A stretch of 64,000 nucleotides of DNA from positions 672,001-736,000 of the forward strand of contig CAWCAG010000005.1 of assembly GCA_963793425.1 (NCBI GenBank). Reading direction: 5' to 3'. This document shows, piece by piece, positions 31,144-40,300 of this stretch (the first letter of the stretch is position 1; each line of letters starts with the position of its first letter). The stretch is from an uncultured cyanobacterium. GTDB lineage: Bacteria; Cyanobacteriota; Cyanobacteriia; Cyanobacteriales; CAWCAG01. The notes under the pieces are model-generated. The model was not told the origin of the DNA and searched no databases. It saw only the letters and a program-made list of their open reading frames with translations. Position numbers and translations under genes: made by a program.

Positions 31144-31911
31144 TCAAACCTCAGCAATCTTAACCGCCATAATACGCAAACGACGATAATCAGCATACCA
31201 ACTTCCCTCATCATATAAATAGGGTTTACATTTCTGTTCTGTTTCTTGCAAAATCGCCTCCTTTTGTTCCTCTGGTATTCCAGCTAAAAAAGAATCTTCA
31301 GCAAACATTATTAACCAATTTCTTAACCCTTCTTCCCCTTGTAAAAGAGTCGGGCGATTTAATAACAAAGCGAAAGTTAACTCGAAACCATTTTTTTCTA
31401 ACAAAGTTCCATATTCCACAATTCCAGGAAAATACCAAGGATTTTTTCCTGCTGTTTTGTAACCCGCTCCCTTTAGGGTTTCAGAAAGAGCATTGACAAT
31501 TGTTTTAATATTTCCCTTCCCCCCAAATTCAGCTACAAAACGCCCTCCTGGTTGCAAGGCGCGGTTAACTCCTTTAATCACTTCTTCGGCATTCTTCATC
31601 CAATGCAATGCTGCATTAGAAAAGACGGCAGTAAATTCTTGGTTAAAATCTAACTTTTCCCCATCTTTTACCCTCAAATCTAATTGCGGAAAAAGGTGTT
31701 TTCCTTCTTCAATCATTTCTGAGGAATTATCAACACCAATAACCTTTGCCCCTTGGTTAGCAATTTCTTGGGTTAAATGCCCCGTACCACAACCGAGATC
31801 GAGAATTTTCTCTTCTGGTTGAGGGGTAAGCAATTCCTTAATTCCTGCCCCCATTTCTGCCACAAAAAAATGCTTGTCATCATAAAGTTGGGGATTCCAG
31901 TTTTGAGTCAC
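31144..31911 (-). CDS. Class I SAM-dependent methyltransferase (Tam-like)
   Basis: ILDLGCGTG, FSNAALHW, LQPGGRF. Confidence 0.9.
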   Translation of the reverse strand: MTQNWNPQLYDDKHFFVAEMGAGIKELLTPQPEEKILDLGCGTGHLTQEIANQGAKVIGVDNSSEMIEEGKHLFPQLDLRVKDGEKLDFNQEFTAVFSNAALHWMKNAEEVIKGVNRALQPGGRFVAEFGGKGNIKTIVNALSETLKGAGYKTAGKNPWYFPGIVEYGTLLEKNGFELTFALLLNRPTLLQGEEGLRNWLIMFAEDSFLAGIPEEQKEAILQETEQKCKPYLYDEGSWYADYRRLRIMAVKIAEV

Positions 31912-32117
31912 AAAATATCTCCTAAATCAAGAAAAAATCAATTATTATACTGAAATTATCAATTCTTCTCTCTATTATCTATTATCTATTCCCTATCCCT
32001 TCTTTTTTAGTAGATGTCTATAATATTTTAATCTTGATCTATGCCAAAAATAGGATGTCATTGATAATCCCCCTGCCTAAACTCAATTAGAGAAATCATT
32101 GTCATCTACACAGGATT

Positions 32118-32471
32118 ATGTTTAAAAAAGTCTCCTTAGTATTGTGTCTCGTTAATGGCATTATCTTTAGTAGTAATGCTGTTCAGGCTCAAGTCATAGA
32201 ACCAATAATTCCCTTACCTTCTGATTCAGATGATTCAGATAACTCTATCCCAGTTATAGAATCAGAATCAGAAACTGAAATTGAGGAAGGTAAAGCTGTT
32301 TTAACCCCAGCGGATTTACCTGCTGGTTTTCAAACTTTACCCCCAGAATTTGCCGAACAAATAACTAATCAATTCAAACTCCTTAGCCAACAATTAGGGC
32401 AAGGAAATCTCCAACCAGAAGACTATTTTGTGTTAGTTAATCCTAATTTAGCCAACTTGCTAATAAGTTAG
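32118..32471 (+). CDS. Secreted hypothetical protein, possibly C-terminally truncated
   Basis: Signal peptide (AVQA-Q), acidic linker, LTPADLPAGF motif, then an abrupt end before repeat DNA. Confidence 0.6.
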   Translation: MFKKVSLVLCLVNGIIFSSNAVQAQVIEPIIPLPSDSDDSDNSIPVIESESETEIEEGKAVLTPADLPAGFQTLPPEFAEQITNQFKLLSQQLGQGNLQPEDYFVLVNPNLANLLIS

Positions 32472-32534
32472 ATGAGCGCATCCTAGAGTCATCCTCACCA
32501 ACTGAAACTATGCTCAACGACAACTGATAACTGT

Positions 32535-32656
32535 CAGTAGCGCTACCTAGCTAAAATTCTCTGTTAGGGCGGGTTTATTTGGTTTAAGGTTAATCTTACA
32601 ATCTGACTCAAAACCCGCCCCTACTATTGCCTCATTTTAGGCGTGTCATGCTGCTG
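32535..32656. repeat. REP-like inverted-repeat mini-element
   Basis: tagggcgggttt (32565-76) / aaacccgcccctac (32611-24) inside weaker outer inverted repeats ending in ctaaaa / ttttag. Confidence 0.55.
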
Positions 32657-32731
32657 GGACTTGTCATTATGATTAGGCATCAACGACTCCCTTTGCTAGA
32701 ATTTTAGAAACATTACTTAATAATTATTCCT

Positions 32732-32998
32732 ATGGAGCCGAAAGTAGAAATCTACACTTGGAGTCGTTGTCCTTTTTGCATAAGAGCGAAGGGATTGTTA
32801 GACAACAAAGGCATTCAGTACACAGAATATTGTATTGATGGCAAACCTGATGATAGGGAAGAAATGTCCCAAAGGGCTAACGGCCGTACTTCTGTACCAC
32901 AAATCTTTATCAATGATGAACATATTGGCGGTTGTGATGATCTTTATGCTTTAGAATCAGCTAATAAGTTAGAGCCTTTGCTCGTTGGTAATGGCTAG
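32732..32998 (+). CDS. grxC: Glutaredoxin 3
   Basis: CPFC active site, SVPQIFI, GGCDD; adjacent to gshB. Confidence 0.94.
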   Translation: MEPKVEIYTWSRCPFCIRAKGLLDNKGIQYTEYCIDGKPDDREEMSQRANGRTSVPQIFINDEHIGGCDDLYALESANKLEPLLVGNG

Positions 32999-33035
32999 TT
33001 GCTAATAGTTTTTCCCTCTATTCCCGATTTCCTGT

Positions 33036-33998
33036 ATGAAATTTGCTTTTATCATAGACCCTTTAACCAAGCTAGATCCTGGACATGATAGTAGTGTTGC
33101 CATGATGGAATCTGCCCAACAACTAGGACATGAGGTTTGGGTAACTCAAGGGGAAAAGCTAAGCGTGGTTGAGGGGAAAGCTTGGGGGCTTTTGGAAAAA
33201 GTGGAACTTACCCCGGTGGAATTAGTGGAGGGGCGTTGGGTTTCTGTGGTTGATTGGTATCATATTTCCCAAGGAAGATTTCTGGCTTTGGAAGAAATGG
33301 ATGCTGTGTTGATGCGAACAGATCCTCCTGTCACGATTCCTTACCTCTACACCACCCAAATTCTCGATTTAATTAATCCTGATAAAACCTTGGTTGTTAA
33401 CAAGCCAAGGGGGATACAAGCAGCCAATGAGAAGCTTTATGCTTTGAATTTTAGCTCAGTTATTCCGGAAACCATTGTTACCCAAGATAAACAAGTTATT
33501 AAAGATTTCGTGGCAGAAAAAGAAGCAGGAGTCCTTAAACCTTTAGCAGGAAAAGCGGGAGAAGGAATTTTATTTCTTGCTGATGGTGATCCCAACTTGA
33601 ATTCTTTAATTGAGATTAGTACCAAATGGGGAAAAGAGCCTGTGATGGTACAAGCCTATTTACCCGCTGCCAAAGAAGGAGATAAAAGAATTATTTTGCT
33701 GGATGGCAAACCCTTGGGGGCAGTTAACCGCATTCCCACCGGTAAAGAATTTCGCGGCAATATGGCTGTGGGGGGTAGGGTAGCAAAAGTGGAGATTACC
33801 CCCAGGGAAAAAGAAATTTGCGCGGCGGTTGCCCCGAAGTTAAAAGAGGATGGTTTATACTTCGTCGGTATTGATGTTATCGGCGGTTACTTAACCGAAG
33901 TCAATGTCACCAGCCCTACAGGTATCCGAGAAATTGATCGCCTCAATAACGTTAGTTTGGGGAAAGAAGTAATTCAATGGCTAGAAAATCGTTGTTAA
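33036..33998 (+). CDS. gshB: Glutathione synthetase
   Basis: MRTDPP, ANEK, GDKRI, RGNMAVGG, EVNVTSPTG. Confidence 0.97.
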   Translation: MKFAFIIDPLTKLDPGHDSSVAMMESAQQLGHEVWVTQGEKLSVVEGKAWGLLEKVELTPVELVEGRWVSVVDWYHISQGRFLALEEMDAVLMRTDPPVTIPYLYTTQILDLINPDKTLVVNKPRGIQAANEKLYALNFSSVIPETIVTQDKQVIKDFVAEKEAGVLKPLAGKAGEGILFLADGDPNLNSLIEISTKWGKEPVMVQAYLPAAKEGDKRIILLDGKPLGAVNRIPTGKEFRGNMAVGGRVAKVEITPREKEICAAVAPKLKEDGLYFVGIDVIGGYLTEVNVTSPTGIREIDRLNNVSLGKEVIQWLENRC

Positions 33999-34258
33999 TT
34001 GATGATTGCAGCACATCTTTTTGTAACAAGTTAAGCTAAAGGGCAAGATAATCCGTAAAAATTTAGTATTGTTTTTACTGCTCAGGAAAAAAATTGCATC
34101 TCCCTTCCCGATTGACTATTAGCTTTTGAAAATAGCCTAAAAGTTTTAATTCTGCGTTCAGATTTTAAAGATGAATTGCTATATAAACTAAATGTCTTGA
34201 TAATAAATGTTAAACATTAAATGATTAATGACATAACTTGTGTGAGGAGATGAACTAA

Positions 34259-36952
34259 GTGCCAAAGGCAAGGGGAATAGTAGGGGCAAGAAGACTCTTG
34301 GTCTTAACTGCGATTATTTGCAACTTAATGCCTACCGTTGCGAAAGCAGAATTAGGCAGACTAGGTGTAATTAAGAGTGGAGATAATGCCGGACAATGGA
34401 CAGGTATCAATAGTCGTCTTCAAACTACTGGGGTTGATTACTGCATTATTGAGCAGGATAACTGGCAAGATAGCAGTGATTTAGCCGGGATTAAAGCTCT
34501 TTTTGTCCCTAACATCGAAACCTTGAGCGCTACTCAAGTTACGGCTCTTCAGAAATGGCTCGAAAGTGGAGGCAAAGTTGTGGTCAGCGGTCCTACTGGT
34601 AGCCTTTCACAGCCCCAAGTCCGTACTAAATTGCGATCGCTGTTGGGAGCTTATTGGGGTTTTTCTCTCTCCTCACCCGCCACCTTAGACCCCTTGCAAG
34701 TGAAGCAGAATCAATGGTTGGGGCGCAGAGACTTAGCTGGTACTATTCGAGGGGGAGTAGTTATTCCTTCCGGGGCTAATAGTACCACCGCAGCGGTTTG
34801 GGTTGCTGATGAAACTCGTCCTGCGGTGGTTGTTACAGATCGCTCTACATTCTTTGGTTGGCGCTGGGGGGTCGATACTGCCTCTGATGCTGATTTAGAC
34901 CAAGCTTGGTTAGAAGCAGCCTTGAGTCGCTACGGACAGTTTGCCTCGGCAAGGGAGGCTGAGCCGGAATTTTGTAATTCTACTACAGCGAGTGAAGGTA
35001 ATTCTGACCGTTGGTTAGAAGCGAGGCCTCCTTCTTCTCCAACAAATGTTCCCACTGTTCCTACTTCACCGAATGTAAACAGGCCATCAGCCCCAGTCTT
35101 GCCGCCTCGTCGCCCTTCTCCTACCAACAATTCAGGGGCGATAACTCCTCAGCGAATTCGGAGTATGGAGCGAGAATTGGTTGGTTTGATTGGTCGCTTT
35201 GAAAGTGCTTTGCTAGCTGCTGATGCAATTAATAGCAACATCAACTCACCTATTATTCAAACTATTGAGCGCTATACTAACACAGCTAATAAAAGCGGTG
35301 TAGGGGAGACGGGGAGAGGGGGAGAGACATTGATTTCGGGAAATAGTGTCGCTCAAAATAGTAACTTAACTACTCCTGGACATAAAGCTTTGGCTGAGGC
35401 GAGAAAAGGGCTGCAAAGCTTCCTTAGTTATGCAAAGCAGGGTAAATATGATTTGGCCCAAAGAGCTTGGCAACAAGCCCGCAACCAATTGTGGAATAAT
35501 TATCCCACAGATCGTAAGTTAGCCGGTGCAGAAATCCGGGCTATTTGGTTAGACCGAGGAACCATTGTCAAGACTCGCTCTGAAGACGATTTAGCGAAGA
35601 TTTTTGACCGCCTTGCTGCTGCGGGTATTAACACTGTCTTTTTTGAAACTGTTAATGCCAGCTATCCTATCTATCCTAGTAAGGTTGCCCCGGAACAAAA
35701 CCCTTTGGTTAGGGGCTGGGATCCTCTGAAAGCAGCGGTTAAGCTAGCCCATGAGCGGGGGATGGAACTTCACGCTTGGGTGTGGATTTTTGCGGCTGCA
35801 AACCAAAGGCACAATGCCATACTCAATCAACCAGCAGAGTACCTTGGCCCTGTGTTATCCCGACATCCTACCTGGGCTGGTACAGATCGTCAAGGACAAC
35901 CTTTTCAACGCAACACCTACAAAGCCTTTTTTGATCCAGGCAATCCAGAGGTACGCACCTATCTATTATCTTTGCTCTCAGAAATTGCCACTAACTACAA
36001 CGTGGATGGGGTTCAATTAGATTACATCCGCTATCCTTTCCAAGATCCGCAAACAGAGTTGCTCTATGGTTATGGGGTGGCTTCTCGCAAAGAATTTTCT
36101 CGAATGACAGGGACTGATCCGGTGCAAATCAGTCCGAAAGATACGGCTCAATGGGCAAGGTGGAATCTCTTTCGAGTGCAGCAAGTAGATAACTTTGTGG
36201 CTGCAGCAGCCGAAATGCTACGGGAGAAGAAGCCTAATTTAACTATATCAGCAGCAGTGTTTCCTATAGAAAGGAAAGAGCGCTTAGACAAAATTCAGCA
36301 AAACTGGGAAGTTTGGGCAGAAAAAGGTCACATTGACCTAATGATGGCTATGAGTTATGCAGACAAAACCGATGATTTAGAAGACATTACCGAGCTTTTA
36401 TTCCGCTACACTCCGAAAAGTTCTACCCTACTCATACCAAGTATTCGCTTGTTAGGTTTACCCGAAGAAGTAGCGGCAGATCAAATGCAATTATTGCGTA
36501 ACTCTCCAACTACGGGCTACGGCTTATTTGCAGCAGAAAACCTGGATTCTAGCTTTGCAAATATTCTCAGACTAACTCAAGGTGGTGCAACAAGTAAAGC
36601 TGAACCTATCCCTCACCGCAAACCCTTTGAGGCAGCTATGTACCGTTATCAAAGTTTGCAGTTACAATGGAATTTTCTTCTTTCCCGCAATCAATTGGCG
36701 ATGGATGAAGAAGCGATGAAGGAATGGGCAACCCAGGCAGATAGTTTAACTCTAGCCCTGCAAGCCCTAGCAGAAGATTCTTCACGCTCAAATTTGCTCT
36801 CAGCGAAAGCAAATTTAGCCGCATTTCGGGGTTTGTTTCGTAATTGGATGAAGCAAGAAGTTGGCACGAACCCTTATCAAGTGCAGGTTTGGGAAAATAG
36901 TTTAGCTACAGTGGAAGGGTTGTTGTTGTACGGGGAGAGAGTGGGAGAGTAG
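34259..36952 (+). CDS. Exported glycoside hydrolase-like family 10 (DUF187/GHL10) protein
   Basis: Signal peptide; EIRAIWLDRG, AHERGMELHAW, VDGVQLDYIRYP, QNWEVW. Confidence 0.9.
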   Translation: MPKARGIVGARRLLVLTAIICNLMPTVAKAELGRLGVIKSGDNAGQWTGINSRLQTTGVDYCIIEQDNWQDSSDLAGIKALFVPNIETLSATQVTALQKWLESGGKVVVSGPTGSLSQPQVRTKLRSLLGAYWGFSLSSPATLDPLQVKQNQWLGRRDLAGTIRGGVVIPSGANSTTAAVWVADETRPAVVVTDRSTFFGWRWGVDTASDADLDQAWLEAALSRYGQFASAREAEPEFCNSTTASEGNSDRWLEARPPSSPTNVPTVPTSPNVNRPSAPVLPPRRPSPTNNSGAITPQRIRSMERELVGLIGRFESALLAADAINSNINSPIIQTIERYTNTANKSGVGETGRGGETLISGNSVAQNSNLTTPGHKALAEARKGLQSFLSYAKQGKYDLAQRAWQQARNQLWNNYPTDRKLAGAEIRAIWLDRGTIVKTRSEDDLAKIFDRLAAAGINTVFFETVNASYPIYPSKVAPEQNPLVRGWDPLKAAVKLAHERGMELHAWVWIFAAANQRHNAILNQPAEYLGPVLSRHPTWAGTDRQGQPFQRNTYKAFFDPGNPEVRTYLLSLLSEIATNYNVDGVQLDYIRYPFQDPQTELLYGYGVASRKEFSRMTGTDPVQISPKDTAQWARWNLFRVQQVDNFVAAAAEMLREKKPNLTISAAVFPIERKERLDKIQQNWEVWAEKGHIDLMMAMSYADKTDDLEDITELLFRYTPKSSTLLIPSIRLLGLPEEVAADQMQLLRNSPTTGYGLFAAENLDSSFANILRLTQGGATSKAEPIPHRKPFEAAMYRYQSLQLQWNFLLSRNQLAMDEEAMKEWATQADSLTLALQALAEDSSRSNLLSAKANLAAFRGLFRNWMKQEVGTNPYQVQVWENSLATVEGLLLYGERVGE

Positions 36953-37021
36953 GAGACGGGGAGCTAGGGGGTAAGGGAAAGAAGTCGAGGGGAGGGTTTT
37001 TGTCGTTTCTTATCTGTAGTT

Positions 37022-37150
37022 CGTAGGGTGTCGTTAGCTGCAAGCGTAACGCACCATCTTGAAGTAAAAAAGCGAAGACGGTGCGTTAAGCGCTGAATCA
37101 AGATTGTGGTAGACTTGCCATAATTTTTCGCAGCGCCAACACACCCTACG
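37022..37150. repeat. REP/REPIN-like palindromic element
   Basis: Ends cgtagggtgt / acaccctacg; internal inverted pair taacgcacc / ggtgcgtta. Confidence 0.7.
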
Positions 37151-37354
37151 TTGTAGAATCTAACCACAGGGGTTTGACAGATTGGACTTTTACTTAACTT
37201 GTTATCAATGCCTATTACTTTGTTCCCAATAGGTAATCTAAATGTCTGACAGCTTACTCAAGTATTTGTATACGCTATATACTTACAGGTATTTCTTTGG
37301 TTATAATAATTTAGGGTGAGGCACAATAAAAATACTGAGTCAATAACCAAGATT

Positions 37355-40300
37355 ATGCTCATAGAATCTATTATCAGCGCCCTAACAAGTCTGGTTAATC
37401 CCAGTGAAATACTCAAGGATGAACTGAAGCGTAGTGAGACAGTTATTAAACTCCTCAAAAAGTTTAATCTTGATCCTGAACAACCTGCTAAGGAGTTTGC
37501 AGTGGTTTATGGCTATGCTTTGGTGGAGTATGGGGTGGGAAAACCGTCAACTATTTTGAATGTTTTTCGGCAACAGGAAGTTAAGAAAGCCTTTAAACAA
37601 GCTTTTGATAGTAATCAACCTCCTCTATTGTTTCAGGAAGTGGAAGAGTTTTTGACTGGGCATTCCTTGGGGCAGCAATTGATAGCCGAGAATCTTGATT
37701 GGCAACGGGAATTGGCTGAGTTTGTAGGTATCTTTTTAACCGTAGCGAAGCGAACTCGTACCCCGGCAGAAGTATTAGCTAATCAGCAATTGGGTTCTCT
37801 ACATAAAAAACTGACTCAATTACAACAAACTTTAGCCAGTTTGCCGACAACGGAGAGTGTACAAGCAGCAATTACGCAATTAATCACTCAAAGCAACCTG
37901 GCATTGCCAGCCGCATCAAGGCATTGTCAAGCTGTTGAGTTGGGGCAGCAACTGTTAGATTGGTTTGAGACTTTGGGTTATGGGTTTGAAGGTTATGAGG
38001 TTTGGGAAGAGGAATATTTTGCGACGATTATTAATGTTCGGGCTTGGCGCAAAAACTATCGTCGCATTTTGGTGATGGGTATTGCGGGAGAAGCAGGGAT
38101 TAGAGACGTGAATGCTTTGCAGGCTGCTGTAACTCAACAAAATACTCAAGACGGTTGGCTAGTTTCTGCGAGAAGAGTTAGTCAAGCAGCACGTAAAGAG
38201 GTGGAGAAGGAGGAAAACAATCACTTAACTTGTTGTACTTTTGATGAATTATTAGATGAAGATGCAAATTTCACTGCTTATTTAGATTGGTTAGCAGAAG
38301 AAGTACAACGGCGTAGCATTGACCGTTTTTATGTGCCTTTAGGTTGCACGAAAGAAGAGATTGATCCTGAATCTAAACAGAGATTGGGAGTTAGTTGCTA
38401 CGGCGAAGAAGATGGTTGGATTGAGGGTTATGTTGATTTGTGGTTAAGTGATCCGGCGAAAGAACACCTTTCAGTTTTAGGGGAGTTTGGTACAGGAAAA
38501 ACTTGGTTTGCTTTGCATTATGCTTGGGTAGCTTTGCAAAAGTATCAAACAGCGAAACAAAAAGGTTTGCCCCGTCCCCGTTTGCCTTTGGTTATTCCTT
38601 TGCGGGACTATGCTAACGCCTTGAAAGTCGAGTCTTTGTTTTCGGAGTTCTTTTTTCATAGATACGAGATTCCCCTCCCTAGTTACAGTGCCTTTGAACG
38701 ACTTAACCGCATGGGTAAGCTGCTGCTGATTTTTGATGGTTTTGATGAGATGGCGGCGAGGGTAGATAGGCAAGAAATGATTAACAATTTTTGGGAGTTG
38801 GCTAAAGTTGTGGTTCCCGGTGCGAAGGTTATTCTGACTTGTCGTACAGAACATTTTCCAGAAGCAAGACAGGGCAGGGCTTTGTTGAATGCAGAATTAC
38901 GTTCTTCTGTGGCGAATTTAACGGCAGAGTCTCCCCAATTTGAGGTTTTAGAATTAAATAAGTTCAATGACAAACAAATCCGTCAAGTCTTCTCTTTTCA
39001 GGCGCAACCGGCCACAGTAGAACAGATTATGGGCAACCAACAACTCCTGGATTTAGCCCGTCGCCCAGTGATGACAGATTTGATTTTAGAAGCGTTGCCG
39101 GATATTGAAAAGGGGAAACCTGTGGATATGTCCAGGGTTTATCTCTATGCAGTGCAACGGAAAATGGAACGGGATATTAAGGCGGAACGCACTTTTACAT
39201 CTTTGGCAGATAAGCTTTATTTCCTCTGTGAGTTGTCTTGGGAGATGCTTTCTACTGACCAAATGAGTTTGAATTATCGCCTCTTTCCTGACCGCATTAG
39301 GGAGTTGTTTGATATTAAGGTGCAAGAGGAGAAAGATTTAGATCATTGGCACTACGATATGATGGGGCAAACCATGTTGGTGCGTAATTCTGAGGGAAAT
39401 TATAGTCCCGCCCATCGTTCTTTGTTGGAGTTTTTTGTTGCTTATAAGTTAGCAGCAGAGTTGGGGGTTTTGGCAGAGGATTTTTTAGATGTGGTACAGC
39501 AGCAGTCTGATTTAGATAGAGAGGTTGCACCACAGAGTTATACTTGGTCTGAATATTTTAAGCGTCGGAGGAATAGTGAGGGGGAGATTGTTCCTATTGC
39601 AAGGTTAAGGGAATTTTGTTGTGAGTCTTTGGGGCGTTTGCGGGGAAGTTTAGGTTTGCAGCCTTTGGCTAAGGCGGTTTGGGATTTATTAGTGCCAATG
39701 GTGGATGAGGAGAAGGTTGGTAGGTTATTGGAGGTTGTGGAGGGGACGCGGGGGAAGACAGAAAAGGAGGTTGGTTATGTGGGAGGGAATGCAGCGACGC
39801 TTTTGGTTAAGGTTGATCCTTCTGGGTTGGAAGGTGAGGATGTGAGTGATTGTATAGTTTTAGGGGGAGATTTTGTCGGTGCAAACTTGCGTGATGTTAA
39901 TTTTGCTCAAGCAAATCTTGCTAATTCTATTTTTCCTCAAAACTTTGGTACTATTTTTGCAATAGTTTTTAGTCCTGATGGAAAGCTTTTAGCTACAGGT
40001 GATGCTAATTGCAATGTTGTTCTCTGGGAAGTAGCTACAGGTAAACAGAGTTGGCTTGGTCAAGGTCATACTGACTGGGTAAGATCAGTTACTTTTGACT
40101 TAACAGGAAAGATTATAGTTAGTGGTAGCTTCGACCATACTATCAAACTTTGGGATGTACATAGTGGAGAATGTTTAGCTACTTTCCGAGGTCATACTAG
40201 TCGAGTCCATTCAGTGGCTATTAGTCCTGATAATTACACCCTAGCTAGCAGTAGTCAAGATTGTACAATCAAGCTTTGGAATTTAGCTTCAGGTACTTGT

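Noticed and set aside
36964..37167. 67-aa minus-strand ORF
   Set aside because: It spans a REP-like palindrome and a G-rich tandem repeat; not protein-like.
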